Shown here piece by piece: positions 8,201 to 20,132 of a DNA stretch of 64,000 nt (positions are counted from its first letter, which is position 1; each line of letters begins with the position of its first letter). The position numbers were made by a program, and so were the translations under genes. The stretch spans positions 1 through 64,000 of the forward strand of contig JBGSMD010000013.1 of assembly GCA_041740355.1 (NCBI GenBank), given 5' to 3'. The stretch is from Bdellovibrionota bacterium. GTDB taxonomy: Bacteria > Bdellovibrionota_C > UBA2361 > CALJRW01. The notes under the pieces are model-generated. The model was not told the DNA's origin and ran no database searches. It saw nothing but the letters and a program-made list of their open reading frames with translations.

Positions 8201-9615
8201 TCCTTGGTAAGCGAAATTTCACTTATTGGAACTTCGGCAAATAAATGTGCAGCATATTCCAAGATGTTTTTAACTCTCTCAGGAGTACCTGTGCCAAAGT
8301 TTACGCAAATCTCAGATATCAAATTAATTTTCTCATTATTTTCTAGGGGAACTTGTGCAAGTAATTCTTTAGGACAAACTAATAGCGAGTTAATAATTTC
8401 AGAAAAATGGTGAGTATGTTTAGAAGCTATCGCTTCAATTTCTGGAAGGGAAAGTCCAGCTTCAAGTCCACGAGTGAGTGAGAAATCTTCTTTAAACCAC
8501 CATGGTTTATTTTGAATGGAGTAGATTGCATCAACAACTGACGCGGTGTGCACAAAAGAATCTTGTGGTGAAAACCCCGACTTCTCTAGTGCCTGACAGT
8601 ATTCTGAAAATCTTTCGATCAAGAAACCATTATCAAAAATATATTTAGCATTACTTAGGAAACGTTCAACTTCAGGATCTAAAAGTGCTCCATTAAAGAC
8701 AGCCGCTTGGTGTTCACAAGCCAGAGCAATAACTTCCGGCTGAATTGGAAAGCTAGAGGAGGTAATTGTAGCGATAGTTTGCTTGAGTTCAGGAGAGATT
8801 TGATAGGTTCTGTTGAGTTTGTAAGTGCTCGGCACCAAGTTTCCCACAGTTTTAGCAACTTGCTCATAGGCGATTTCACTACTTCGTGGAATATAATCCG
8901 AAGAACCAATCGTTACGCCGTATCCATGAACTATCTCCATTGTAGCTTTAGCCCAAGCTAGTGGGGAGGCTGAGGCAGTTGTTGTAAGATGAGGTTCGAC
9001 GTGTCGTAGATAAAAATCAGCCATTAAGTATACTAAAGATCGTTCATCCGAGGCAAACTGCCCGTATAGTAAAGCCTCGCTAATCTTAGTTACACTAATA
9101 TTTGAAGGACGCCGCCGTTCGAGATTAATAGTTACTTCCTGATCCTTAATTTCATATTTACCTTGATTAGTTTTTTGATAGTGTTGCAAAGCACTTTTTA
9201 AGCAGCGAGAAACTAGTTGCTTTGCTATATCGGGATTCATCTCTCCTCTAATTAAGTATGGATCATGATAGCGGTTGCGACCAAAAAAATATTTTTCATG
9301 TTCAATTGTATAGTCCAGTCGTCGTCCATACGCTGAGAATCTATTTTCGCGATCATAATTTAATGTGGGAGGTCGGACATAGATTGGTTCATGACCCCTA
9401 GAAATATAAGCTAAGATTAATGGTTCGAGTTGATTTGTATATTTCTGTTTGTCTTGACGTTTTTGTTGATATGCGGTGTTCGATATTTCTCCTCGGACTT
9501 TGTCTACGATCCATTTTATTTCACAGGAGTCGACATGCTTGTGATTTAGATCATGAAGATATTCAGTTTCTATCTGTACTAAATCAGTTATGTCGTTTGT
9601 AACAGCTGGCATCAT
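5278..9615 (-). CDS. Large hypothetical protein (1445 aa)
   Basis: Uninterrupted 4.3-kb ORF with no signal peptide. No family recognised. Confidence 0.85.
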   Translation of the reverse strand: MMPAVTNDITDLVQIETEYLHDLNHKHVDSCEIKWIVDKVRGEISNTAYQQKRQDKQKYTNQLEPLILAYISRGHEPIYVRPPTLNYDRENRFSAYGRRLDYTIEHEKYFFGRNRYHDPYLIRGEMNPDIAKQLVSRCLKSALQHYQKTNQGKYEIKDQEVTINLERRRPSNISVTKISEALLYGQFASDERSLVYLMADFYLRHVEPHLTTTASASPLAWAKATMEIVHGYGVTIGSSDYIPRSSEIAYEQVAKTVGNLVPSTYKLNRTYQISPELKQTIATITSSSFPIQPEVIALACEHQAAVFNGALLDPEVERFLSNAKYIFDNGFLIERFSEYCQALEKSGFSPQDSFVHTASVVDAIYSIQNKPWWFKEDFSLTRGLEAGLSLPEIEAIASKHTHHFSEIINSLLVCPKELLAQVPLENNEKINLISEICVNFGTGTPERVKNILEYAAHLFAEVPISEISLTKDEFLTYLSSRHPSSIIHSMLEGDLVNFKKPGIVQMLLARFGEAYLTENRIDAQTIKAKAISELAPLLIDHKTRQELPLLIPGRPAGAVQLITEIRNIGSANTSQILAHPDKILSATAPLRYLCRFNNQLNIECTYPEEDDPERIIKMKDELARIYFIFIANKLPDPLAPPVGFLTFLSKFKETPLESIKFSFAIEEDEIERNHLNNQEARIGKYAVITTLLDLYNFKLISAHDLSKICNWLIADISDELVKTITEVHSYKSHLESKRDRAWENEMYCLQEHTFSLRKNLAEADKNKRRKDVRVFLSGEQPASQDASSVQDYWTRLEKLGEETRYQDIKRDVDYENRQTFDYYMEPEQRRHFEEDPDESLRESIRRDINTANTKLRQHRLRHLQDFFQACSLHSSLLGLGIITREEACSKVHLELKDILLQQDFHPKERQNILAGKLEHYCDYDEVESTSNSRAIISANIFHMIKDGIFVKERIRENFLAVENLEQLVEFQRTLNTAQDAFRSSQTKVIQFFNLLTVSRYTGREPQMQAEAKCTIGEFANIPLEYPIISRTAVEEKIIFYAKSFPNISISKRLDVATQIISGQQTLTTACSMLERELHSTNQRLLFTWGAAVTSQAIIDQLELLRETSLRPVGPNSNLNFVEGLMQLTDLLPLAEETFTPELIAEFKDQIIGYRRESFGLHSVGAKIHFLNPVDEQQLDIYIQKLNLDQSSFRLIHAGTSLIIKPMATAEELELIIYFLNSEGLLDLEYPEIQITAPGRLPLEDAAFLGSFTILSSDLGVRYSADSFKTNAHDNDVGFRIMTYDAGARLNPMLFVDSSISGRTDILGRRSTKDIANYQLISTILVQGHAGKGIFQELCEPFKRDWQATLEAHGLEDVLKTDWLWTRETRPKSGSAEKHYQEAIQPCTDAWFNCVEEAERDQSDSVGIVKATEILLDSYRNKARILSQQALQDPSYKRERELLLNL

Positions 9616-9772
9616 TCCGAGTAATTAAGACGCCAGATTGTAATCTAATAATGTTGCTAAGCAAGTTCGGTAAATCGCTCTTTTTGGTAAACGATACTAG
9701 AAAGTCATAAAAGATAGGAAATCATAAAAATTACTTCATCCTCAACTTATTTTTAACAATTTCAATAGTTTT

Positions 9773-9808
9773 AAACAAAAAAGCCCATGAGCTTCCACCC
9801 ACAGGCTT
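9773..9808 (-). terminator. Rho-independent terminator after katG
   Basis: Minus strand AAGCCTGTGGGT-GGAA-GCTCATGGGCTT (with GU pairs) followed by TTTTGTTT. Confidence 0.7.
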
Positions 9809-9839
9809 CCCAAAACTTCTCAGTCTCGAATTAAAAACT

Positions 9840-12008
<2,169 letters not shown>

Positions 12009-12058
12009 TTATTCTCCTAAAAGTTATTTTATTTAAAAAATATATCTATTTAAATTGC

Positions 12059-12466
12059 TTACTGACATTTAGAGCAGATACCCCAAAATATTACTTCAGC
12101 TTCTTCAATTAAAAATCCGTGTTTTTGTTTTGGCACGAGACAAGGAGCACAGTCGTGACAATCAGTATCGTAAACATACTTGCAAGCTTTGCAGACGATG
12201 TGGTGGTGGTTATCGTCAATTCTAGTTTCGTAAAGAGAGACTTGTCCTTTTGGTTTTATCTCGCGGACGATTCCTTCTTCTACTAGGGTGTTTAAATTTT
12301 TATAGATTGATTGAATTGTTGCGGTGGAAAGTCTTTGCTGAACTGAATTAAAAATCAGACTAGCATCTGCGTGGGGATTTTCTTCCAATGCTTCAAGAAG
12401 TGCCAAACGCACAGCAGTTAGGCTGAGTTTCTTGTCTTTTAGTATTACTTTGAAGTTTTTTGGCAT
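12059..12466 (-). CDS. fur: Fur-family peroxide-responsive regulator (FurA/PerR-like)
   Basis: HHHIVCKAC and C-terminal WGICSKC, directly upstream of katG. Confidence 0.9.
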   Translation of the reverse strand: MPKNFKVILKDKKLSLTAVRLALLEALEENPHADASLIFNSVQQRLSTATIQSIYKNLNTLVEEGIVREIKPKGQVSLYETRIDDNHHHIVCKACKYVYDTDCHDCAPCLVPKQKHGFLIEEAEVIFWGICSKCQ

Positions 12467-12612
12467 GGTGGGAGATTATTACTTAGTAAAAATATTTAGT
12501 CAATCAATATTCTTTGTAAGTAGTCTTGTAAAAACGGGTAGTTAAAAAATAGAATTTCTACAAATGCAAAATTAAGTGCTACCTTCGAGCATATTTTTTC
12601 CTTGGAGAAAAT

Positions 12613-13160
12613 ATGAAAATAATTATCTGTCTTATTTTGTTTGTTGTTTTATTCGCAACAAATTTAACTGCGGAACTTATCTGCGTAAAGAATAATAAGA
12701 AGTTTAATGGACAGCAGCTAACAAAGTTAATATTAAAGCCAATGGATTATTAACTTTTTCCAGTACAACTTGTCCGCAGGGATATACTCAGTTAGATGAA
12801 GTCGTTACTCCTGCTCGTACTCATACGGGAGCTTGGAATCTTGGTGGAACTGATGTTGTTTGCAGCAGGAGAAATTTCCTTTCCTGCACCATTAAGTGTT
12901 AATCCTACTTGTATGTTTAGAAACAAATTATTTTACTTGCAGGGGACTCTTGAGGCGCCAACCGCACCTCCTGCCGTGCTTTGCTTTTATGAAGGGCTAG
13001 CATTTTGGATTAAAAACTAACTTCGCCGCTCGCTACCATGCATTCAATACTGCCACCGCAATAGGGGGGTATACACTCAGCATCAAAATTTGGGGCAGGT
13101 TTTATGCCTACCCAGAAGGCGAAGGTCAGTTCTTTGGTTGGGGCACTTGGGAGTAACCCA
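12613..13160 (+). pseudogene. Frameshifted gene for a secreted protein
   Basis: GGAG SD and ATG 12613, signal peptide MKIIICLILFVVLFATNLTA. Coherent protein-like segments continue in other frames (TFSSTTCPQGYTQLD...TGAWNLG; FAAGEISFPAPLS...GTLEAPTAPPAVLCFYEG). The end coordinate is approximate. Confidence 0.55.
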
Positions 13161-13297
13161 GCCATTGGGTGGGAGCATGAAATTCTGCTGACTAGCAGCT
13201 TTTCATAACCAAACGTTTTGATTCAATTTGGCTTTAGTTTCCGCAGTTTTAGAAAATAATCTTAAACTGTTTCGTCGATAGCTTAGTAAAATTTAAA

Positions 13298-14383
13298 TTA
13301 CTTAGTATCGTTGAAAGGAATTGATTTCAAATTTCCATTTACGTATTCTCTGGGAATAACTGTAAGTTTCGCAATTTGTTTGCTCAGTTCAACTGTTTCA
13401 TCCAAAGCTTCGATAGATTTCATTTCGCTAAATATTTCTGGAAAGCCTTGTTTCGCAAATATTTGTTTTTCACAAGCTTGAATTAAGGCTTCCGTTGTTA
13501 AATAACAAGTATAGCTCATGGCGGAAGTTTCGCGATCTTTATTCAAATTTTTACTGGCAGCAATGTATTTTGGTTTTAGAGTATCAATCTCCACAAAAGC
13601 AATTTGATCTAAAAGCTCAGGAGTTAAGTTTTTAACTACATTTTCTGATTTAATCCAAAACGTACTGTAAAGTTTCTGAGTTAAACCTGCTTCTCTAAAC
13701 TGCTTAATAAAAATGACCAACTGACTTGGTGATAATCCTAAGAAAACAGTTTCCGCTTTTGATTGTTTAATTTTTGAGATTAAACTACGAAAATCTAAGA
13801 AGTTGGCATCGACCTCTTCACTACCAATTAGTTTGCCACCAAGCTCTTGGTAATTTTGGGTCAAGGCCTTTTGAAAAGATAAGTACCATTCGTCCTCACT
13901 AGATAAAGAGTAAAAAGACTTAACACCATCAGTAATCATTAATTTTGCTAAGACTAAAGTTTCCTCTTTAGTTGAGGGCCAGATTTGGTAGGCATTGGGA
14001 TTTTGTGTTGTAAAATTCGGATGAGAAACTGGCCCTATGATTGGAACCATAAATTGTTTAGAGAGGGGGTTAATCGGCATTCCCACTGCGGCGCGGACAA
14101 CACCAACAGCAGAAACCTTATCTAACTCTACTAATTTTTTAAACTGAGTTATACCTTCTTTTCCTAAAGCTCGGGAATCTTCAATCTTAAATGTTATCGG
14201 TAATTTTTTCTGCTTGTGTCTTTGAACGGCTACTTGGTGTCCATCTAAACATTCTTGTCCACCACTGGCAAAGTCACCGGTTAAAGGATAAATGAGTCCG
14301 AAGTTACATTCAGCATATATGTTAGTTAAGAATAATAGAGGAGTCAGGAGATAAGTAATTAATAGATATTTTATTTTCATCAT
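13298..14383 (-). CDS. ABC transporter substrate-binding protein (LivJ/branched-chain amino acid type), orphan
   Basis: Signal peptide, FGLIYPLTGDFASGG, IEDS, DFRSLISKIK. Confidence 0.85.
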   Translation of the reverse strand: MMKIKYLLITYLLTPLLFLTNIYAECNFGLIYPLTGDFASGGQECLDGHQVAVQRHKQKKLPITFKIEDSRALGKEGITQFKKLVELDKVSAVGVVRAAVGMPINPLSKQFMVPIIGPVSHPNFTTQNPNAYQIWPSTKEETLVLAKLMITDGVKSFYSLSSEDEWYLSFQKALTQNYQELGGKLIGSEEVDANFLDFRSLISKIKQSKAETVFLGLSPSQLVIFIKQFREAGLTQKLYSTFWIKSENVVKNLTPELLDQIAFVEIDTLKPKYIAASKNLNKDRETSAMSYTCYLTTEALIQACEKQIFAKQGFPEIFSEMKSIEALDETVELSKQIAKLTVIPREYVNGNLKSIPFNDTK

Positions 14384-14818
14384 TTAAATATTGTAGCATG
14401 GAGATAAGAAAAAACAATTTCTAATTTGCTGTAGTTTTTCCTTATTGAAAAAGAAAAGTTTAAGTCTTCTTGTGGTCGGTTTAGTAGAGCTAATCCTTTA
14501 CCCATAAATTGTTAGTCGGTGCAAATTCTCTGTTCTATCAAGCAGCAGATGCTCACGGGAGGAGCCTCTCAGGAACGTTTTTCTGAGGATCGATTCAAAA
14601 ATCACTGGAGATCATGTAAGCATCAGGCAAAGATCTCATTTGCATTCTGCATAGATCAATTGCTTGGTTAAGCTCTATGATAATTGTAAGCGAATTAAAA
14701 AGGAGAATTTGCAGTAATTATTTAAAAGCATTCCCCTGCAAATATATTTAATGCTTGTCTTTAACTATGTTTGATGGCAGTGAGGAGTTTAGATCAAATA
14801 TTCCTAGCTATTGGCTGA

Positions 14819-15733
14819 TTGTTGATATTTGCACTTCATGCTAAAAAAATTAGCATGAAGATATTAACTTCCCAACAATTACTTTTTCTTACTTGTATTT
14901 TAATTCTATCATTTAATACGCTGTTCGCAGAAGATAATTTAAAATCAACAAAGCCCTTATATGGTAGAGCTCCCTATGCAATATTAGATCCTAATTTCTC
15001 TTGTAGTGCCTATCAAGCTAGCACTGCTGATATCGGGGATTATGGAATAGCATTTCTTTGGAATACCTTTGGTAATGATTTTACTTGCTTAAATCAAGAA
15101 CTAAATAGTCCTCGAGTAAAACTTGTGGAAGTACATTTGTTTAATGGTCCATGTATTCGTAATAAGAATTGCGGGAAATATGAAACTTTATCCGGTTATA
15201 CGATTGATACTTTAAAAAAAGCTTTGCGTCAGGATGATCAAGAATTAAAACAGAAAGTAACAGCAGTGGCTAAAGAATTAGCTGATTATCTATTGCCAAA
15301 ATTAAATCCCGATATTCAGTGTTATATCAATCCAATCCTGGAAACTGATATTCAAGTTAAAGGCTCAGAGAAAATTCAAAGCTGGATTGAACCTGCCTTT
15401 AATGGTCGCTGCAAATTTGTTTGGAATCCATTAGGATCAGAGCCAGGAGCTCCTATCCCCGGAGCAGACGTGAGTGAAGGACATGGGCAATTTCCCAAGT
15501 TTATTAATAATAATTGTATTGCCAATCCTGATGGGACTGTAATCTCCTCTGTGGAAGATTGGAAAAATTATTTTCTAACTAATAAAAATTGTGTCGCAGT
15601 ATTAGGTTGGACTCAAAATGACAATTGCTTATTATCAAAGCAATCTTGGATTGATCCGCGGGCCAGAGCCTGTTCTGACACTAGTCAATTCGAGAATCTT
15701 CGCTTAGGAATTATTGCTGCTCAAAATAAGTAA
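14819..15733 (+). CDS. Secreted Cys-rich hypothetical protein
   Basis: Signal-peptide-like N-terminus and about 10 Cys in the mature region. True start probably MKILTS. Confidence 0.75.
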   Translation: MLIFALHAKKISMKILTSQQLLFLTCILILSFNTLFAEDNLKSTKPLYGRAPYAILDPNFSCSAYQASTADIGDYGIAFLWNTFGNDFTCLNQELNSPRVKLVEVHLFNGPCIRNKNCGKYETLSGYTIDTLKKALRQDDQELKQKVTAVAKELADYLLPKLNPDIQCYINPILETDIQVKGSEKIQSWIEPAFNGRCKFVWNPLGSEPGAPIPGADVSEGHGQFPKFINNNCIANPDGTVISSVEDWKNYFLTNKNCVAVLGWTQNDNCLLSKQSWIDPRARACSDTSQFENLRLGIIAAQNK

Positions 15734-15777
15734 TTTTGTCTGCTTCTTAATTGAGCAATATTATTAAGTTCTTAGTA

Positions 15778-16443
15778 TTAGAAAAATTGTGGCTCGATAA
15801 TCGATAAAAATACTTCTGCAATAATTCTATGTCCACCATCATTTGGATGAAAACCATCGTCAGCAGTATACTTTCCGGCATTAATTTGAGAAAGATCGGC
15901 AATTGGCAGATTGAAATTATTAGCAGTTCGAATAATTGCTTGATTAAACTGAGTGATTCTTAAAGTTGTTACATCAGAATCCGATCCATCACTAAATCGT
16001 TCTAACTTGGTTAGCTCGGGAATAGTTGCAATTACAACAAATGCAGTTGTTTCTTCTTTAATCTTTTTAATGATACTAACCAAATCTTCCTCAAAGCTAA
16101 TTACAGAGTCTCCGTCAATCAAATCATTAGCTCCAGTAAAGATAGTGATTAGATCTGGATCTTCTCGAATAGTTTCGGAAAGTGCTAAAGTTTTGATATC
16201 TCCAACTTCCGCACCAGGAATCCCTAGATTAGTAAGTTCAGTAGAAAGCCCCTTAGCTTGTAGTCGCTCTTCAATTAAATATACATACCCATTGGTCAGT
16301 GGGCTTGCTCCAAATCCAGTTGCATCGCTAGCTCCCAAAGCCACATATTCAATGTCTGAATTAGAATCTGAACTGCCGCAACCTGTAATTAATGACAGAG
16401 AGGTCAGTAGCGTGATGATTAGTCTTGTTAATGAATTGTTCAT
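15778..16443 (-). CDS. SGNH/GDSL hydrolase lipoprotein
   Basis: Lipobox LITGC, YVALGASD, GAND, DGFHPN. Confidence 0.92.
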   Translation of the reverse strand: MNNSLTRLIITLLTSLSLITGCGSSDSNSDIEYVALGASDATGFGASPLTNGYVYLIEERLQAKGLSTELTNLGIPGAEVGDIKTLALSETIREDPDLITIFTGANDLIDGDSVISFEEDLVSIIKKIKEETTAFVVIATIPELTKLERFSDGSDSDVTTLRITQFNQAIIRTANNFNLPIADLSQINAGKYTADDGFHPNDGGHRIIAEVFLSIIEPQFF

Positions 16444-16594
16444 AATTATTATAATTTCAATTAATGTTTATTTAATAATTTGCTTTATATAATAAATTTA
16501 AAACCCGAATATATGATGTTGATCATAGGTAAATAATCTTTCCACTGCTTTACTAAAAGTATAATTTAGCAATTATTTTATATTTGGAGATTTA

Positions 16595-17182
16595 ATGAAA
16601 AATTTAATTAAAGTAGTGAGTTTAATGTGCGTTACATTATTTTTTATTGCGAGTAATTTAGCAGCTGAAATTAAGAAAAATGATTTACAAACGTCGGATC
16701 TTTGGTTGCAATCAAAGCTAGTAACAACTTATTTGTTAAATGAACATTTAAGTATTTTTGATATTGATACTGACGTTAAAAATCAGGTTGTGTATCTTTC
16801 TGGACATGTAAATTCAGCAATAGATAAGGACTTGGCTGGAGAAGTAGCAAAATCAATTGAAGGTGTTAGAAATGTTGAGAACAATTTGACTGTTATTGAA
16901 AGTAAAACAACTAAAGAAATTGATCACACTAATATAGATGTACAAAGATCTTTTGGACGTCAAATTGATGATATGACAACTACGGCATCGATAAAAACTA
17001 AGTTTTTATCTGATGAAAATATTAGTGGACTTAAAATTAATGTTGGAACATTTAATGGGACAGTAACTCTTGAAGGTGAAGTAGCTTCTAAGATAGAAAA
17101 GGATTTAGCTGAAAAAATTGCTGAGAATACGAAAGACGTAACTGAAGTAAAAAACATGTTAAAAGTTGTTAGTCACTCCTAG
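16595..17182 (+). CDS. Dual BON-domain protein (OsmY-like)
   Basis: Signal peptide and two BON repeats (VYLSGHV...GVRNVENNL; VTLEGEV...VKNML). Confidence 0.92.
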   Translation: MKNLIKVVSLMCVTLFFIASNLAAEIKKNDLQTSDLWLQSKLVTTYLLNEHLSIFDIDTDVKNQVVYLSGHVNSAIDKDLAGEVAKSIEGVRNVENNLTVIESKTTKEIDHTNIDVQRSFGRQIDDMTTTASIKTKFLSDENISGLKINVGTFNGTVTLEGEVASKIEKDLAEKIAENTKDVTEVKNMLKVVSHS

Positions 17183-17200
17183 ACTTATTATTTGCACTTA

Positions 17201-17231
17201 CTCAAGCCTAGCCTAATGAGCTAGGCTTGAG
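17201..17231 (+). terminator. Hairpin / probable terminator after the BON gene
   Basis: CTCAAGCCTAGC-ctaatga-GCTAGGCTTGAG, a perfect 12-bp stem with a weak U-tract. Confidence 0.6.
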
Positions 17232-17392
17232 CCTATTATATTGCTCTAAGGTTTTAAAATTCTAGTTCCCATTCCTACCAATTCTGCCTCGTCCTCTTAA
17301 AGAAGCACTTTAACTTGTATTTTTAGGAAGAATTTTTGCTTTTGAAGCAAAATAGGTCACATTCTCGATAGATTTCTTAATAACCTTCCATA

Positions 17393-18502
17393 TTGAAGTT
17401 TAATCCCATGCAAAGTATCGAACAATTAAATGTTTCTAAGTCTGATGTTGTCCAGCTGCCCAAAGCGAGCGTCAATTTATCACGTGTAGTGGGAGTGATA
17501 ACACTATTAACTAGTTTGGTCTCCTGCGAAATGAAGTCCAAGGCTCAGGAGGGAAGCGTTTCAGATAAAGCACCAGTCGAAGAAAAAGTTTCGTGTTGTT
17601 CAGTGTCAAAAACATGTGAATTACCGAGAAATATCCAACTAAGCGATCTGCTAATAAATGATTCCGGTATTAAAATTACCAAGTCCCTTAATCCACCATC
17701 ATCAGAAGATATGGTTTTGATTCCCTCCAAAACAGTAATTATGGGAGGTGGAAAGGAAGATACCGCTCCAGCTAGTGAAGTAAAAGTTAAATCATTTAGT
17801 ATCAGTAAGACAGAAACTAGTAATAAAGATTTTGCCAGATTTATTGAAGAAACAGGATATGTAACTGTTGCCGAGAGGCCATGGGCGTTAAATCCAGGTG
17901 CCCCATTAAATCCACCATCATCATTAGTTTTTGTGGCACCAAAAGAATATGATCCCAAGCGTGGTTCTTCACAATGGTGGAAAAATGTTCAAGGTGCAGA
18001 TTGGAAACATCCGGAAGGTCCGGGAAGCGATTTGAAAGGTAGAGAAAATTTACCTGTAGTGCATGTAACCATTGAAGATGCTTTGGCTTATGCTAAGTGG
18101 GCAGGTAGATCTATTCCAACCGAGGCACAATTTAGAGCAGCAGCTACGATCGGGGATCTAGTTAAACCCAATAATATTGAACCTAATGTCAAAGAAGTTA
18201 ATTTTTATCAGGGTCACTTCCCAATTAATAATTTGGGATTAGATCAGCATGTAGGTATTGCTCCGGTAGCTTCATTTAAGCCAAATGCCAATGGCATCTA
18301 TGATATTTCTGGAAATGCTTGGGAGTTAACCAGATCATTTTATGATTCCTCGAAAGAGTTTGTTGTTATTGCAGGTGGATCATTTCTTTGTTCTTGGGAA
18401 GGGGACTTCACTTGTACGAATGCCTCACCATTTGGAAGAAATTCTCAAGATAAAACTTCTTCTTCTAATCATGTTACTTTTAGAACGGTTTCGGCAGAGT
18501 AA
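17393..18502 (+). CDS. Formylglycine-generating enzyme (SUMF1/FGE-sulfatase) domain protein
   Basis: FIEETGYVTVAE, GADWKHPEGPGS, PVVHV, NGIYDISGNAWE, GGSFLC. Start may be ATG 17408. Confidence 0.92.
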   Translation: MKFNPMQSIEQLNVSKSDVVQLPKASVNLSRVVGVITLLTSLVSCEMKSKAQEGSVSDKAPVEEKVSCCSVSKTCELPRNIQLSDLLINDSGIKITKSLNPPSSEDMVLIPSKTVIMGGGKEDTAPASEVKVKSFSISKTETSNKDFARFIEETGYVTVAERPWALNPGAPLNPPSSLVFVAPKEYDPKRGSSQWWKNVQGADWKHPEGPGSDLKGRENLPVVHVTIEDALAYAKWAGRSIPTEAQFRAAATIGDLVKPNNIEPNVKEVNFYQGHFPINNLGLDQHVGIAPVASFKPNANGIYDISGNAWELTRSFYDSSKEFVVIAGGSFLCSWEGDFTCTNASPFGRNSQDKTSSSNHVTFRTVSAE

Positions 18503-18503
18503 A

Positions 18504-18651
18504 TATAGTTATTCTAAAAAATAAATTACGTATAAATAAAATAGAGCAATTTTGTTTTTTGTAATAACTATATGATTTTTCTATCCCTTCAGGGGATAGA
18601 AAACCCCAAAAAGTAGTTTCCTTTCGTAAATTACTTTTTAGACTTTCTATA
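18504..18651. mobile_element. MITE-like repeat with TATAG ends
   Basis: Imperfect TIRs (TATAGTTATTCTAAAAAATAAATTAC / GTAAATTACTTTTTAGACTTTCTATA). Homologous over its full length to the reverse complement of 55618-55762. Confidence 0.8.
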
Positions 18652-19039
18652 GTAAAGATTTAAGAATTCCGTTATTGCAAATCCCCATTTCTCGCCAGTC
18701 GGCCAATATAATCAAACTCTGGTAAATAGATAATTCGCTGCAAATTTAAATTTTATGTAATCTTTCACTCTTGGGAATGAACTAGTTCAGCATTACCGTT
18801 GCTCTGTATTCTGATGTAATTTTGCCTACTATCAGCTCTCTTTCTTCTTAATAATTAAATTTAAAATTGTGATGTTATCTAAAAACTACCTTAAGGAAGC
18901 TTCTAATCTAAGTTGAGCCGAGAAATTGAAAATTTCACTGGATATCTACAATAAAAAATTCTATAGTCTCCTCAACAAAGCTCAAACTACCAGAATTATT
19001 TAGTAATTAAATTGAGCATTCTTCGTTGTAAATTAAGCT

Positions 19040-19804
19040 GTGTTCCAAGAAACAACATTATCTTCACGAATATCTTTAGAAACAGAATTTAAATATTTTG
19101 TGGGCAATCCATCGGCATCGTTAATTCATAATTTAGCGCTTAATCCTGAACAAAAGTTTATTGGGCAGTATCTTTTTAGTTTGGAACAAAGCCAAGCATT
19201 ATTATTACCTCTAATGCAGAATAAATGTGCGGACCAGTTGATGGGAGTAGATACTAGTAAATTTAAGGGACGTGTCCGACAAATTGATCAAGCTGGAGAA
19301 ACTAAATATGTGTTAGGACTTAAAGGTCCGAAAGAAGAAGAATTTAAAAAATTAAATATCGTTTCCAAGCCAGAAATAGAAGTTGAGATTTCAGTTGCCG
19401 ATTTTAAAAAGTTAAAAAAGTTAGCCGATAAAGGTTACATTCTTAAACACAGAACTCCTGTGCCATGCACCGTTGAATTCCAGGGGAAAATTTATAAATT
19501 CATTGCCGAATTTGATCGTATTACAAATGTTAACGGGTTTCATTTAAGGCCTAAATTTTTAATGACAGAAATAGAAGTACCTGAAGCCAATGCGAAGGCG
19601 ATGATCAAGGCTATTCGTGGTGGAAAAATACTCTTAAATTTTGCAGCACAAGATTTAGATTTTAAATTGGCTAAGCCAATTGAGGTTAAAGCTAATTCGG
19701 AAGATAGGATTATTGATTTATCTGCTAGTCGTAAGCTGATTAATAATGTTGATTCTATTACAGGCCCTAGTCGACATTTAAGAAAATATTTCGATTTAAA
19801 ATAA
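19040..19804 (+). CDS. CYTH-like (triphosphate tunnel metalloenzyme) protein
   Basis: LETEFKY (ExExK), GRVRQ, LGLKG, EIEVEI, KHR, EIEV. Confidence 0.75.
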   Translation: MFQETTLSSRISLETEFKYFVGNPSASLIHNLALNPEQKFIGQYLFSLEQSQALLLPLMQNKCADQLMGVDTSKFKGRVRQIDQAGETKYVLGLKGPKEEEFKKLNIVSKPEIEVEISVADFKKLKKLADKGYILKHRTPVPCTVEFQGKIYKFIAEFDRITNVNGFHLRPKFLMTEIEVPEANAKAMIKAIRGGKILLNFAAQDLDFKLAKPIEVKANSEDRIIDLSASRKLINNVDSITGPSRHLRKYFDLK

Positions 19805-20132
19805 TCTGACAAATACTATAAATGAACTATGCTCAACTCTGGTAGTTTTTGCTTTCTTACATTAGTAAGCAAAAAAGTAATTTATTAACTTCAAAATTAA
19901 TAATTAAAAGCTTAAGTCCAAGTCTCAAAAATAAATTATATTACGGAGCCAGATATTTATAGTTTCATTAAATATTCTAAACAAAAGCATTAAGCAGCTA
20001 CTAGCCTTTGATGAAGTAGTAAGACTTTAAAAATGAAATCTTCTAATTGTTTATTAACGATAAAAAACTTTGTGGAGGTGGGGCGCTTTGTGTAGGCTAT
20101 AGTTCTAATAGAATTAATATTTTAATCTTTAC

